Assembly (NCBI GenBank): GCA_900617105.1
Contig: UYFQ01000518.1
Span: 1-64,000 of the forward strand
Origin: Hydrurus foetidus
Lineage: Eukaryota
Reading direction: 5' to 3'
DNA length: 64,000 nt
Positions 38,901 through 50,800 of the stretch are shown piece after piece. The notes beneath the pieces are model-generated. The model did no database searches. It was not told the DNA's origin and worked only from the letters and a program-made list of their open reading frames with translations. Position numbers and translations under genes: made by a program. The stretch's first letter is position 1. The number at the start of each line of letters is the position of its first letter.

Positions 38901-40676
38901 CAGTCAGTGCATCAGTCACTCAGTGATAAGTCAGTCAGCCAGTCAGCGTATCACACAGTCAATGATAGGTCAGTCATACCGGCAGTCTCGGCAGCTGAGA
39001 GTGATCCGCTATTGGCATGAAGATAAGTCTCGATGTGCACCGCTGTACCGTCCGTTCCGCGCACAGCCTTAAGGAGTTTGGTGTTTGTAGGGATAAGAGG
39101 AATAAAAGGAAGAAGAATGAAATGAAGAAGAGTAGAAGTAAGAAGGAGGGAAAAGATAACAACAGAGAAGAGAAGAATACAAATAAATGGAAAATAAAAT
39201 GACAGGTGCTATAATAGATAAGAAGAAGGGATTGCGATTGAACGAACAAGTGCTTCACTGTACATCTCACTCGTCAGGAGTACGTACGTTCTTATCTCTA
39301 GTAGTTGCAGAAAATGAAATTAGCAGTTCGAAATAATAAGAGTGCTATAACAGTTGGTCCTGAGCTTCCATTACTTCGTCCACTTCTTTCCCCGTTTCCT
39401 ATCTTCCTTCTTCCGCCCTTCTTCATATATCCTTTTTCTGCTTTTTTTTTTTTTTCCTTCCTTCCTTCCTTCCCTCTTTCCTTCCTTCTTCATTCTCCTT
39501 CCTCCACTCTCTTTTCCTTCCCTCTCCTTCCTCCATCCCTCCCTATTCTTCTTCCTCCATTCTCCTTCCTCCACTCTCTTTTCCTTCCCTCTCCTTCCTC
39601 CATTCTCCTTCCCTCTCCATTCTCCTTACCTCTCCATTTCAATGTTCTAGGAATAACTTACCTCAAAAAGCTCTCTCTGAATCAGAAATCTTCTCGGTCC
39701 CCCCGATTGCAAGTAAGAAGGACTCACGCGGCTGAAGTAGTCATCCATTGATTCTTCCGAGAACAAGTTGGAGTACTTAGGAATTCGGCTATCATGCAAA
39801 TGCTTGCCTTTCAATTGCATGAAAATAAGATAAAGTAATCAGAATATGAAATGAGATGGTTATGAAAGAATAAGAACACGAATGTTGTAAGTCAAATGCA
39901 GTTTGTGGTGTTATCTCACCAGCTTTGATTTCATTGATATACTCCATGATGTGAGGGCCATCAGCTCTTGTGGCAGACTGCTTAGTTGAAGTCGTATTGT
40001 CGAAGGAGAACACATTCAAGGCTAACTGGTTATCTAATGAGCTGAACACGCGGACCCTGTTTAAATGGCTGCCAGCAGGGACAGAGAGGTTCTTGATTTG
40101 ACTGTGAAGCATCCCTGTCTCCGTTTGAGAGTTAATGAAAGTTATCTCGGTTGAGCCGTCTTCTCCTTTGGACTCGAGTTTCAGAGAAAGATTTAACTGC
40201 TTGAGATCTCGGATTGCAAGCACCGCTTTCAAATGCTGCTTTCTGAGAGTTTCCGGGATTTGATTGAAGTAAGAAGCCTGAAGACACAATCAACGAGATT
40301 CAAGTAGAGATGAAATGACCGCATTAGTTGCTGAATCAGAACGATGGACAACCACAATAAATGGATTAGTGAGCTGTCAATGACAGAAAGTTGCGTTGGC
40401 CTTCGTGGGCTTATAGTTCGCTCGCAGATACTCTCAAAGCGAATCTCCACTTACCGGCATGGAGCTGAGAAACCATGGCACAACGGTTGCGGCTGACTCG
40501 GTAGCTTGAACACTCATCTCGTGAATAAGAGAGTTGGTTGTAACCTTCTGAAGCAGCTCTTCCTGAATGGGGACCCAACTTTTGGTTGTCCTGCGAACAT
40601 CTCTGCTATAAGGAGTTGGAACCCTTCCTACGAAAGCTCTCGCAATTCTCCTTCCAAAAGCGTTTTGCCTCAACAT
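25417..40676 (-). CDS. GDH2: Large NAD-specific glutamate dehydrogenase (GDH2 type), predicted mitochondrial, ~30 exons; 3' end uncertain; lesions at 35.9-38.8 kb
   Basis: Spliced exons give LKTNFF..RYALSLR, PFGIFFCHGRHFNAFHCRFRDIARG, AQHLKNKDIPEGGSKAV, ELIYLGPDEQ, AFMSSK..GFNHKEYGVTSEGV, KITGGPDGDVAGN, DVFVPAGGRPNTIN, LIVEGANIF and IVKDSSANKCGVITSS. Arg-rich, acid-poor N-terminus (MLRQNAFGRRIARAF). Confidence 0.93.
25783..27245. repeat. ~1.46-kb composite pentamer satellite (GGATA/GGATG/GGATT/GAATG) inside a GDH intron
   Basis: Directly visible. Confidence 0.97.
34238..34543. repeat. Intronic minisatellite, 102-bp unit x3
   Basis: Unit GTATAGTATAGTATGTTATACAC...CCTACACTACACTG starts at 34238, 34340 and 34442. 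Confidence 0.93.
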
Positions 40677-41777
40677 GTTACAAGACTGCTACGAAATTGA
40701 CCTTGAACTTTTAAGACACCCCAAACACACAACTCCCTAGAAATCAATAGATGCAACTAGACTGAAGGTCTTGCAAAGAACTCTCAAGGGTGGGAGAGTC
40801 GATTTCTTGAGATGTGTTTGTAATATTTGAGCGAATCTCGGCGAAATTATTATCTCTGGGAATGTGCTACGCTGTGCACTAGGAACGAGAATTTGCTTTC
40901 GAACTTGAACTTTCCAAAATCGGGAGGAGTTGTTGACAGTTGAGTTGTTTAGGAGTTGGGAGAGGGGGTCAACTATCCACTTGTATAACCGACAATTTGT
41001 CGTACAGTACAGTACAGTCAGGATAAAATTCCCGACAGACTTGTGGAAACGATGACACTTTGAAATGACATAAAATTACTTCAAGATGATAAAGATGAAG
41101 CCAGTCGCGAAGCCTGCACTACACTTATACATCTGAAATTGTAATGCACTATCATGACCCTTTGCTGTATCATCAAAAATTTCTGTCAACATACTACTGT
41201 TAACCATACTCTTGTAATTCACGATTCAATTCAACACGTTCACAGTCAGCTAACAAAAGTCATTTCTGGAGTATAGTGGACATCATTTGATCTATGAGTC
41301 AAGCCTTCATCTGAAGATAATGGGTCTTAGCTGTATGAAGATGTGCAATTGATGCCTTCGGTGTTCTTCTGTTTTAATCATGTTACGCACTGTGCATTTT
41401 GTAATGACAACAATTATAAGTACTAAAATCCACACATTGGTTAGCGATTACAGCTAACGAGCCATCTAAACCTTCACTCTATTCCTACATCTATACGGGT
41501 GGACATCGTACCACATCTACTATGACTTCTAATAGAGACTACTATGCAGCAAACCATTCCTAGCAACTGAGCACCTCATCACAGAGTAATTTATCGACAC
41601 ACGAATGAGAAGGACTGCTCCGTCTGTCTGTACATAACAGAGTTGAGAACAGATGGAAAATATCTGTCAACATTTCCGTGACTAGCAGTGAAGCATCATA
41701 TTACCAGCATGAATGAGAATAACTCCTGAAGATACCAAAAATTGGAGTTAACATTTTATTTACGACACAGTTGATAA

Positions 41778-43114
41778 TTATGGTGATTTAAGTTGAATCA
41801 ATTTCTCAACAGCAGCCATCCCGGCTTCATGAGTGGTGCCAGCAGGTGTTCTTGGCGCGTAATCTCTTTCATGAATCCACCTAATAATGACAGTGTATTT
41901 ATCAGCACAGTCATAGATCGACAATAATATGATGGGATGGTGACAACAGCGTTTTAATTCAAGGGCAGTACAGAAAATAGACGGGCCGGGTCGATGGGAC
42001 CGAGGAACGGCAACAAGAATCCTAACACAGGCAAAGCGAGTGAGAGAGACAGAGAGAGAAACAGAGATAGATAGACAGAGAAAAGGAGGAGGAGGAGAAA
42101 GAGGGGAAGAAGGAGAGAGGGGGAGGAGCGGTGGTGTCTGATAGTTAGTGGAGAGCGAGATCCACTTCATCTGTACTGTGCTGTAGTGTGCTGTACTCAC
42201 ATCTGAGCAATCCATTTCGTGTCCATTGCTACTTGTCCAGCATGCATTGTCCTGTCATCAGGCGACCCGTCCGCAAAGCTAGGAAAGAACAGAAGCGCCT
42301 TGCCCTTAGCAGGTTTAATTTGAATATTTAAATCTTTGAAGCAGGTCGCGCCGCCAGATTTAACGTCATTCAAATAAACTATAATGGTCGCAAGCCGATT
42401 CCCACTAGGGTCCTGTGATCAAAATAATTGCAAATTATTAGGATTGAGTACAGAGCAGTAAAAGTGATGTGAATTCAATTACACCTGCAAGCTTTTAGGA
42501 ATCGCATCATAATGCCACGAGAACTGTTGTCCTATCTCATATCTTACTACTTGCGGTTCCTCAAAAGTCGGTATCTTTAAGCCGGTCAACTTGTTTGCTC
42601 CAAGAAGCAATTCAGGAACTAAATCATATGGCAAATACCATGTCGAGCTGGTCCGTTTCGAGCCAGAATCTGCTGAAAATGTTTGGGATGGCACCACAAG
42701 TCCTTCATGCTGAGCTCTCTCAATGAACTCATCACAGACACTGGGAGACATAAAATCATCAATTTCAAAGATTGGAGGATCGTTATGGACGCATCTTAAC
42801 TTGGGGAACTTTCTGTCCATCGATGGACAGTGCTTTACGAACGAAGCACCGTCGCCTTTGGCCACTGTTTTCGATCCACTCGAACCGGCAGAAATCTTGT
42901 TCTCTGAGTTTTTCTTCTCGCTTCCTTTGCTTGGAACAGAACCTTTCGCACTGGCTGATCCAAATCCACCAGCCATTACTATTGAGCGATCTGAATTGAA
43001 GATCCTTGATCCAGCCGAGGTCATGAAAGCATCGATCTTGAGGTCATTAAGAGATATCAACACAAGCACTGCAAGCGGAATAGAATAGCGGAGATCACTA
43101 ACAATTGCAAACAT
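41778..43114 (-). CDS. Prolyl-4-hydroxylase-like 2OG-Fe(II) dioxygenase, predicted plastid-targeted
   Basis: Exons 43114-42485, 42412-42201 and 41880-41778. Motifs DPPIFEIDDF, RTSST, EEPQVVRY..GQQFSWHYD, NRLATIIVYLNDV..GGAT.F and RTMHAG...KWIAQMW. Presequence has a hydrophobic stretch then IDA|F. Confidence 0.92.
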
Positions 43115-43545
43115 CGTTGCCTGTATGCTGTTGTTTTGGAGCCAGAAGGTGTTATCAATGATACCAATTGCTGTTGCAAGTTGATGTTTTTATGTTTGTG
43201 ACCTCAACCCTCAATCCTCACGGCCTCAATCGCAGGAGAGTTTGATGATTATCAGTCTACAGCTTCGTCAACATTCCACAAAAAGTCTATATACTAAATA
43301 TTTATTATTTTGTATTTTGATTTGTTTGTCAAGATGTGTGATGAGTCAAATTTTTGCACTTTTGTTGAGAGCATATATCAATCTTGCTGCATTACTCAAC
43401 AACTGCGTCCGTGATAGGAACTCGCTTGGAGAGACAGCCACTTCCGTAATCTGCGTGTTGCCCTTCAGCGACAGGATCTCATCTATCGGGCTTACGTCTG
43501 ATTGTTTTCGACAAATTCAAATTCTGACGGAACTTGTGACTGAAG

Positions 43546-44001
43546 ATGGGCAGCTGGACTATCGCTGTTAATATCCTCTTCCCATTGCCGCTACTTCTCT
43601 TATTCTTACTCTCTATACCGTTGCCAAATGTCTTGAAGAAGTACGGCGTCGGAGGTTTCCTAGTAAAGATACTAGACTCTGTCATTTTCATCAAAATTTA
43701 CGGCGATTTGACAGTGTATTCTTTTGCGACCGCAGTCTCGACTATTCTTTTTCTATTAACAACGTACGAAGTACACAATGCCCAAAGGAAGCAGAAGAAC
43801 GCAATACATGTAACGGAGAGGGAACAGTTCAAGTGCCTCAAATGGAGACTTGAGAGAAACTTCTGGATTTCCCTTCTTTCTCTTACATTGTGGGTTATCC
43901 TATATCGGTTTCGATCTCTCATTAAGGAACTTGAAGAAGAGAGGACTTTGAATACCGAACTATTGAAGAAATCGGAACCAGAAGTGAAGAAGACGAAGTA
44001 G
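43546..44001 (+). CDS. BAP29/BAP31-family ER membrane protein
   Basis: Single-exon 151-aa ORF with three hydrophobic segments, LLSIPLP, KWRLERNFWISLLSLTLW (family motif RxxRNxYI), a coiled-coil tail and a C-terminal di-lysine ER signal (KKTK). Confidence 0.85.
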   Translation: MGSWTIAVNILFPLPLLLLFLLSIPLPNVLKKYGVGGFLVKILDSVIFIKIYGDLTVYSFATAVSTILFLLTTYEVHNAQRKQKNAIHVTEREQFKCLKWRLERNFWISLLSLTLWVILYRFRSLIKELEEERTLNTELLKKSEPEVKKTK

Positions 44002-44425
44002 AATTATTTTTTAAAGCGATCGCAGTATGTTTTGTAGATTACAACGACCACATCATGACGTATGCTTTCGAAGCTGCTCAAGTGACCTTCTGGCTCTTAT
44101 ACAATCGGCAATTTGTTGTCAGATTGATTTTGAAATTTCCATGAATGATGGGACAACATTTGCGATACTTTCCCCTTACATTCTCGGACCCTGCCTGCCA
44201 GTGCGACTTCTCACTGTAGTTATATCCGCCTCTGCTTTAATGTACTTTAAATCATCTGAAATATATTGCATGGACTTCGTGAAGGCGTTTGGACAAAGTA
44301 TTATTACAGATGAATCGAAGTAATCATTATGGACATTATCAACAATGTAATCCGGTGTCAGGGGTTCTCATGGGATCTAGTTTTTTCTACTCAACTAATA
44401 TAAAAAAATAGTAACAGCGGTAAAT

Positions 44426-45361
44426 TTAAATCGAAATGAGGCCAGTTTTAGTGTAAAGAATGCCGAGAACCATGAGTAATCCGAACAGCAAATGAAACTT
44501 CGCTGTATCATCAGCGGTCTCGGCCATTACTCCAGCGTTGAAATTACTCACAACGGCAATTGCAAGTGGTGCAGTCAGGAAAGCAGCAGAGCAGCCCCAA
44601 TTGTAGAAGATTGATATCACCGCCAGAGCAAGGTAAGAACTACCCACCAGAAATACATACAGGTAATACGAGTTGCGCAGGCCGAGCATTATCGCTAGTG
44701 TAATAGCGCCAGCATCGGAGTCACTTTTGATGTCACGCGCGTTGTTCGCATGCAGTATAGCCTCAGTGAGAAGTCCGGCAGGGATTGAGTAGAGGAATAG
44801 TGAGGGGTCGATCTTTCCAGTCAACATGATGCTAGATCCCTGCATCAACAGCGGACCAAAGCAAACATACACTGTTATGTCGCCAAGAGCTTTGTATTTC
44901 AGTCCAACAGGAGTAGCCGTGTAGAAGAACGCTAGCGCAATGCCGGTGAAGAAAATTATTGGTAACATCATGTCTGACCGCTCGAGGAATACGGGTAAGA
45001 CAGTGGCGAGCCCGACTAGGTAACACATGACAGAAAGATACAGTACACCGATGCTTGAGATATTTCTGGCGTTGACGAGCCCTTTGTCCCCACTGACCAT
45101 AGCTTTTGTGTCAACTCCGTTTACGAAGTCGAAGTAAGTGTTTGAAAGATTCGCCGCTGACTGTACTGAGATACCCATTGCTATAGTTCGCCAAAATTCA
45201 AGAGATTGGAACGATCCCCCAACAACAGCAGTGGTCACCATTATGGGTATGATTGAGGCAGTAAAGGTGTAGGGCCGACACGCAATGAAGTATTCCAGTC
45301 CAACATCCAGTACATTTGATCCTTTTTCCACCTTCCCAGAACTGGACGATTTCCCATGCAT
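44426..45361 (-). CDS. UBIAD1: UbiA-family prenyltransferase, UBIAD1/MenA type (menaquinone synthesis)
   Basis: Intronless 311-aa ORF with CRPYTFTAS, NLSNTYFDFVNGVD, YTATPVGLKYKALGD and ILHANNARDIKSD, plus multiple TM helices. Confidence 0.92.
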   Translation of the reverse strand: MHGKSSSSGKVEKGSNVLDVGLEYFIACRPYTFTASIIPIMVTTAVVGGSFQSLEFWRTIAMGISVQSAANLSNTYFDFVNGVDTKAMVSGDKGLVNARNISSIGVLYLSVMCYLVGLATVLPVFLERSDMMLPIIFFTGIALAFFYTATPVGLKYKALGDITVYVCFGPLLMQGSSIMLTGKIDPSLFLYSIPAGLLTEAILHANNARDIKSDSDAGAITLAIMLGLRNSYYLYVFLVGSSYLALAVISIFYNWGCSAAFLTAPLAIAVVSNFNAGVMAETADDTAKFHLLFGLLMVLGILYTKTGLISI

Positions 45362-45979
45362 TCTGGACGTGATTCTATTCGACTATACAGCGGCACTATA
45401 ATGTTTGTGTTGAGCCACTGTTGTACTTTTGAGTCAGCGAACTATTTGGTGGAGAGAGTGATTGCAGTGGAGCTGCTTGCTACGCCGAATTATTGAAGTT
45501 CCAGTGCTTGTGAAGATTTTGGATCCGATCCGATGACCGAAGAGTATTTCGAGTTTGGTCCCCCCGTAGGCAATTCTGCTTCAATACACCCCTGATCATC
45601 TCCACGCGACCGGGTTCAACTGGGTATGCTGCATCACTTCAACAAAAAGGCCCTGATGAAATCTCTCTCTGGCGTGTGTTGCTTCGTTATCTAATTTCCA
45701 CCAGTGACTCTCAGGCGTTCAATCTCAAGCGCGGCTCTGATTGCTCATTTAAAATAATTGTTCGAATATCTTTAAGCTCTATTTGTGAAATTTTGTCAGC
45801 ATCTCAATAATGAGAGAGTAAAGGTAAAGAACTGTTAATCAGAATCTGAATACAGATGAAGGATTCGAGATAAGATTAAGATTATGTAATTGTTTAAGTA
45901 ACAATATGGACAAGCATTTTCGACATATATACAAAACAGCAAGGCGTCAGCATCTCTCATATCAAGGGTTACTCAAGTC

Positions 45980-46717
45980 TTATTGGAATTTTGCGTCCTT
46001 AGGGAGACTAAATAATTCATCTGTTGGAATTTGATAGGTGCTCGGCACCCCCGGTTTAGAGAGGGAAGTCATAGGATCAGCGACCAACATGTTCAGCAAT
46101 GAAAATAGACCGGATATCACTATGACTCCCACAAAAAGCAGAAATCGTTGTGTAGCTGTGCTGGCTACAATGCGTCCATCGAAATCCATCAATTCCTTCT
46201 TCTCCTCTCCTAGTTGATTCTGATTCGTAGCCATAGATATGGTTGCCTCTTCAGCATCTTCTTTCTCTTGAATAGAAGTTATTTGAGATGCCTGCTGTGC
46301 AACACGGAAACGTAAAGTCAATCCCGGGATGGAAATGAACGTGACGGCATTCATCCACTCTTCCTCCAAGCTGACAATTTTTCTTTCCAGGGTATCTCTA
46401 CGAAAGGATGCTTCATCGTCTCCACTTAATAATGCAGCTTTCGCTGCTTTCAAATCCTTTTTGGCGACATCAATTGTTGCCAATAACTTGTTCGAGTTGT
46501 TGATTCGGCTTTGTACTGCAAAGAAAGTGAGCAGTATGGTCAGACTTGCTCCAGCTTGAGCGGGGTCAAACTGAGCGGCAAATCTGATGTCGTCAGGTGT
46601 CGTCTGTAAGGACGATCGAAATGGTCGTTGTTGGTTGACGATACGGGATCTGAAACTCGTTGTGCTCGACAAGGACAGCACAACAAGCAAAATTTGTCCA
46701 ACACATGTTGATCTCAT
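45980..46717 (-). CDS. Hypothetical membrane protein with bipartite plastid-type presequence
   Basis: Intronless 245-aa ORF. Signal peptide ending TTS|F, Arg/Ser-rich transit, and two hydrophobic segments flanking a coiled-coil-like region. No family recognised. Confidence 0.75.
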   Translation of the reverse strand: MRSTCVGQILLVVLSLSSTTSFRSRIVNQQRPFRSSLQTTPDDIRFAAQFDPAQAGASLTILLTFFAVQSRINNSNKLLATIDVAKKDLKAAKAALLSGDDEASFRRDTLERKIVSLEEEWMNAVTFISIPGLTLRFRVAQQASQITSIQEKEDAEEATISMATNQNQLGEEKKELMDFDGRIVASTATQRFLLFVGVIVISGLFSLLNMLVADPMTSLSKPGVPSTYQIPTDELFSLPKDAKFQ

Positions 46718-47812
46718 TGTTTAAAAGACTTCTCAGGGAGATCCACAGTAGACCGTCCGAGACTTTGTTCCGTTCACGTCTAAGAAGAAAAGCCTCCAGA
46801 AATTCTCTAGATCTGGCAACACTTTTCACAACTTGAGATTGAATTGCACGCGATGTGAGATCGAACTAGATTGGAGATTGAAGGTGGGCACCAAAAGATA
46901 ATCTTTTTAATATCTCGTGGAGCGAGATATGGAATTAGAAGCAAGAGTACCCCCAACTCGTGCGTATTTTGAGTCAAACTTTCCGTGAGAAGAACAGAAA
47001 GAGGGTCGAACATTCCAAGAATTAATGTACGACTAATTTTGCCTACATTTGAACTTTTTATTAGCGTTGTCATGCGGTGCCGTACTGTAGATTGTAGATT
47101 CCTCCAACGCTATGTTTCTGTTTTTGGTACTGTCGCCAATTGTAAAGTGCTTTTCTTACACCCGCTTCTCCTACAGCGGTATAATCATGTCAGCATTCTC
47201 TAGCGAGCATAGTTAGACTACTTCTGCATTAAAAACAGTCCGAGATTCAGGGAGAATGTGGCACATTCCATGCATGATAAGGAAAATGAAAAGGTGAGGA
47301 AACGGAATTAAGTACGAATTAAACCGTCGTCTATGACAGTGGCGAGTGTTACGTTTGCTGGATTACAAATGCGCCACTTTGTTACTGAATTGAAAATAAC
47401 CAAGTGGCATCTCATGCGCATTGTGGCAGCACAGCATAGAGGCATATCTAGCTTTTCGAGTTCACTGCACGAAATTGAGAGGAGACTTTCGGTTTAAAAG
47501 TGCCTGGGGCCTGGGGACCGTTTGGAGCCGTTATGTTTGACAAAATCTGAAATAAAACAGTACTGTACGTCCGTCCGTGCATTGAAAATTCGAATATTTT
47601 CAAAAAATTCAAAAAATACTCTTGAGATACGATATAATTAAAATGCCGTTATCAGATGGGAGAACTATTCAAATCTCGATCTTATGGAGCATTGAGAAGA
47701 AGTGCAAACTGCAAACGATCAGAAGACCGTTTCCGTTTCATCGTGAGGCTGCAGCTAACTGCGGAATGGCTTCAACGCCATTGCATGTAACGACGATTAC
47801 CGCTTCCAATAG

Positions 47813-50800
47813 ATGCTAACGATGGGTTGGATGAAGAACCGGCACTTTGTGTTGCAACTGCTGCTTTTGAGCAGCATCCCACTTCTGAGGTCATTTTTGT
47901 CATCATCCAGTCATCGAGGAAAGCCTTCACTGGAGGAAAATGAGATCAGACAGACTAGTCTTTTTGCCAGACAGAACCCCTTTCGAAGAAGTGATAGCTC
48001 CATACCTAGTGACTCTTATGAGAAGGAACGTAAGCTGGCAATCTCAAGATCTGCTCTCTTTTCCACTCGTGGCAGCGTCGGGCGAAATAAAGAAATGCAG
48101 TCCTATAACATGCGATCCAATGAAGTTGGTGCTGTTCGTGCTATCTCTATTTTGGGTGGACTACTTTCGGTGATCCTCACTCGCGACGTTTGGTACGCAG
48201 TCAGCTCGTTCCTCGTCATCAACATTGTAGCATCACAATCGAATAATTTGGGCTCACGCATGCGAGCAGTTGGCAGCAAATTCGACTCCATTTTCAAGCG
48301 GACATTCCTCGAGAAGACAGTATCGGGAGTGCTGAATTTTTTAAAAGCTGTGAACGAGGCGAGTGTTCTGGAGAAAGTTCCGACAACATCGCGCAATGTC
48401 ATCAGGAGTGTTCGATCAATTAATGTAGAGATGGAAGAGTTATCTGGTGAAGTTGAATTGGCACCAGAAGAGGAAACCGCTCCAGCGATATATACCCGAT
48501 CAGCAATTGAGATGAGCTCATCCGTCCCTAAGGCAGCAGAAAGTCTGCATGCTGATATCGAGAAAAAAAGTGTTAAGGTTCAGCCAGATATCAAAGCGGA
48601 CAATGTGATAGTCGTCCCCTCAATCCCGATCAAAATTATCGAGAACATTCCTAACACTGTTCTGCAGATTATTCCTAACGACGAGAATTTTCTGAAGAAC
48701 ATTCCAGCAGTATTGCCGACCAGTGCTTCTGACGCAATAATCAAAGCGACCATAGAAGTTCAAGCTGCAGCAGATGCTGCATCAGCGAGATTGAAAGCAT
48801 GGCTGATACATCAGAGGTCTTTTGAAGATGAGAAGAGAAGACAAAAACTAACAGTGGTCTCGGAAAGAAAGCGTGCTACTTATCTCCCTCAACTGAAACA
48901 CGAATTGATTCAACAAATGGCAGCATTCGTAGGGATCAATTTCTTAGAGAAAAATAGCATTGAATTAGCCAATGTGGGTGCAGGTGAGGCTGATACGGAA
49001 GTTGGCCGTATCGCGGTATCCCCGGGGTCATTTTCTTCCCGCGCTATTGAGGCGTCTGTGGGGTCCATCAGCGACTTCGTGTGTGTGCTGACGTCACCAG
49101 GTGAGGTGCTGAACATTAGCAGAGATCACTCCTATAACGCATGCGTGTTCCTCTGATCACTAGGCATCACTCTGAGCATATTCTAATTCTGATTTCAGTC
49201 TAGTGCCGGACTTTTATTGTTCTGTAAAGAATAGATAAAGAGATGGTGTGTTGCATGATAGACTGTCTATGCTTACTCCGCAATTACGATGTGCTGAAAT
49301 CTTTACATTTAAATGAAGACGATAAAGGCACTCCTCATCGTACTATCAGCACTTACCTTTATTGTGTTCCTTGTCCGTGTCTTATTGTCATAGTAGTGCA
49401 ACTACATCCCTTCGCAATACAATGACGTAATTTTCGTGTCCGAATGTACGCACGTTATTCGCACTCACGTACTCAGGTAAAAATTCTTTGAAGAAAAGAT
49501 ACAGACAGCTGACAAGGGAATTTCATCCGGATAGTTCGAGGAACGTGGACCTGCCACATTCCGCAGTGAATGCTTTAATGTCCAATCTCACAGGTACGCA
49601 GGAAACATAGTAGAGTTTGTAGTGAGGGGCAAAATGTGGAGGTACTGAGATAATGAGAACAAAGAACTAGCAGGAGAATAGGAGTCGAAGTAAAGAAAGC
49701 GACATAGAAACTGACGGACAAGATCATTATTATCAGCAGTGTACAGTGGTAGCAGAAGTAGAGACACTCAGAGAAGATACAACAATTAGATGGGGAAGAA
49801 TGAGAATGAGAAGCGAGGAAGAAGATCATAGTAATTTCTGAGACATGAAGAAAGTGAGAACTGAGGCATCGCGACACCTCATCCTGACCTTGGGCACATC
49901 TCTTATTTTCTCTTCTATTGTTTTATCAATTCATCCACCCCCTCCCCTCCCCTCCCATTCCTCACACCATCCTCTCCTCTATAATCTTCACCCCTTCTCA
50001 GGCGCATTTAATTTCATCTCCGGGATCAACAGTTTGTCATCGGACATGCACTCTCTCATGTCGGTGAAGTCCCCTTGGGGCATCAAATACACAGGGGGGA
50101 CAGACTTTGACACGGACCCTCATCCGAATTCCGTACAACCTACAACATCTGTACGTTCGGTTGTACAGCCTGGTTCAGAGTCGACCTCTTCTCCTCCTTC
50201 CTCTTCTTCTTCCTCTTCTTCTCCTTCATCTTCTTCTTCTTCGACTTTTTCTTTGGCTGCCTTGGTAGCATCGAGTCAAAGTGATAATGCAGGTTTGTAC
50301 ATGCATCACATATAGATGTGACTGTCCCCACTATCTTGCTGCAATCAAAGTCAGTTTCATTGTAATTGTACACGTTTCTACATGAAATCCCATTCCGTTC
50401 TCCTACTACTCTTACCCGCACTCTCCTCCTCCCTCTAATCGTACTCTTCCTCTCTCTCGCCCTCACCGTCACCGCTGTCATTGTTACAATAACAGTAACC
50501 ATCATATCGTCTCCAACAGACGTCTTCACCGACATGGATGTTCTTGCGATCGTTGTTACCACGCCTCACTCCACACCATCGTACCTCACCTAACACTACA
50601 TCAATGCCCGCAGTAGAATAATTCTTACCTTACCTCACCTCACCTCATCTCATCTCATCCGATCACTCATTGACCTCGCACTCATGGGCATCCTCTCACT
50701 GTCACGTACGTACTAATCATCACAGCTGCCACTGCTAGGAGCAGCATGTCCAGTCAGTCAATACAGTCCAGTGCAACACCAAAACCAACACCAGTCACTA

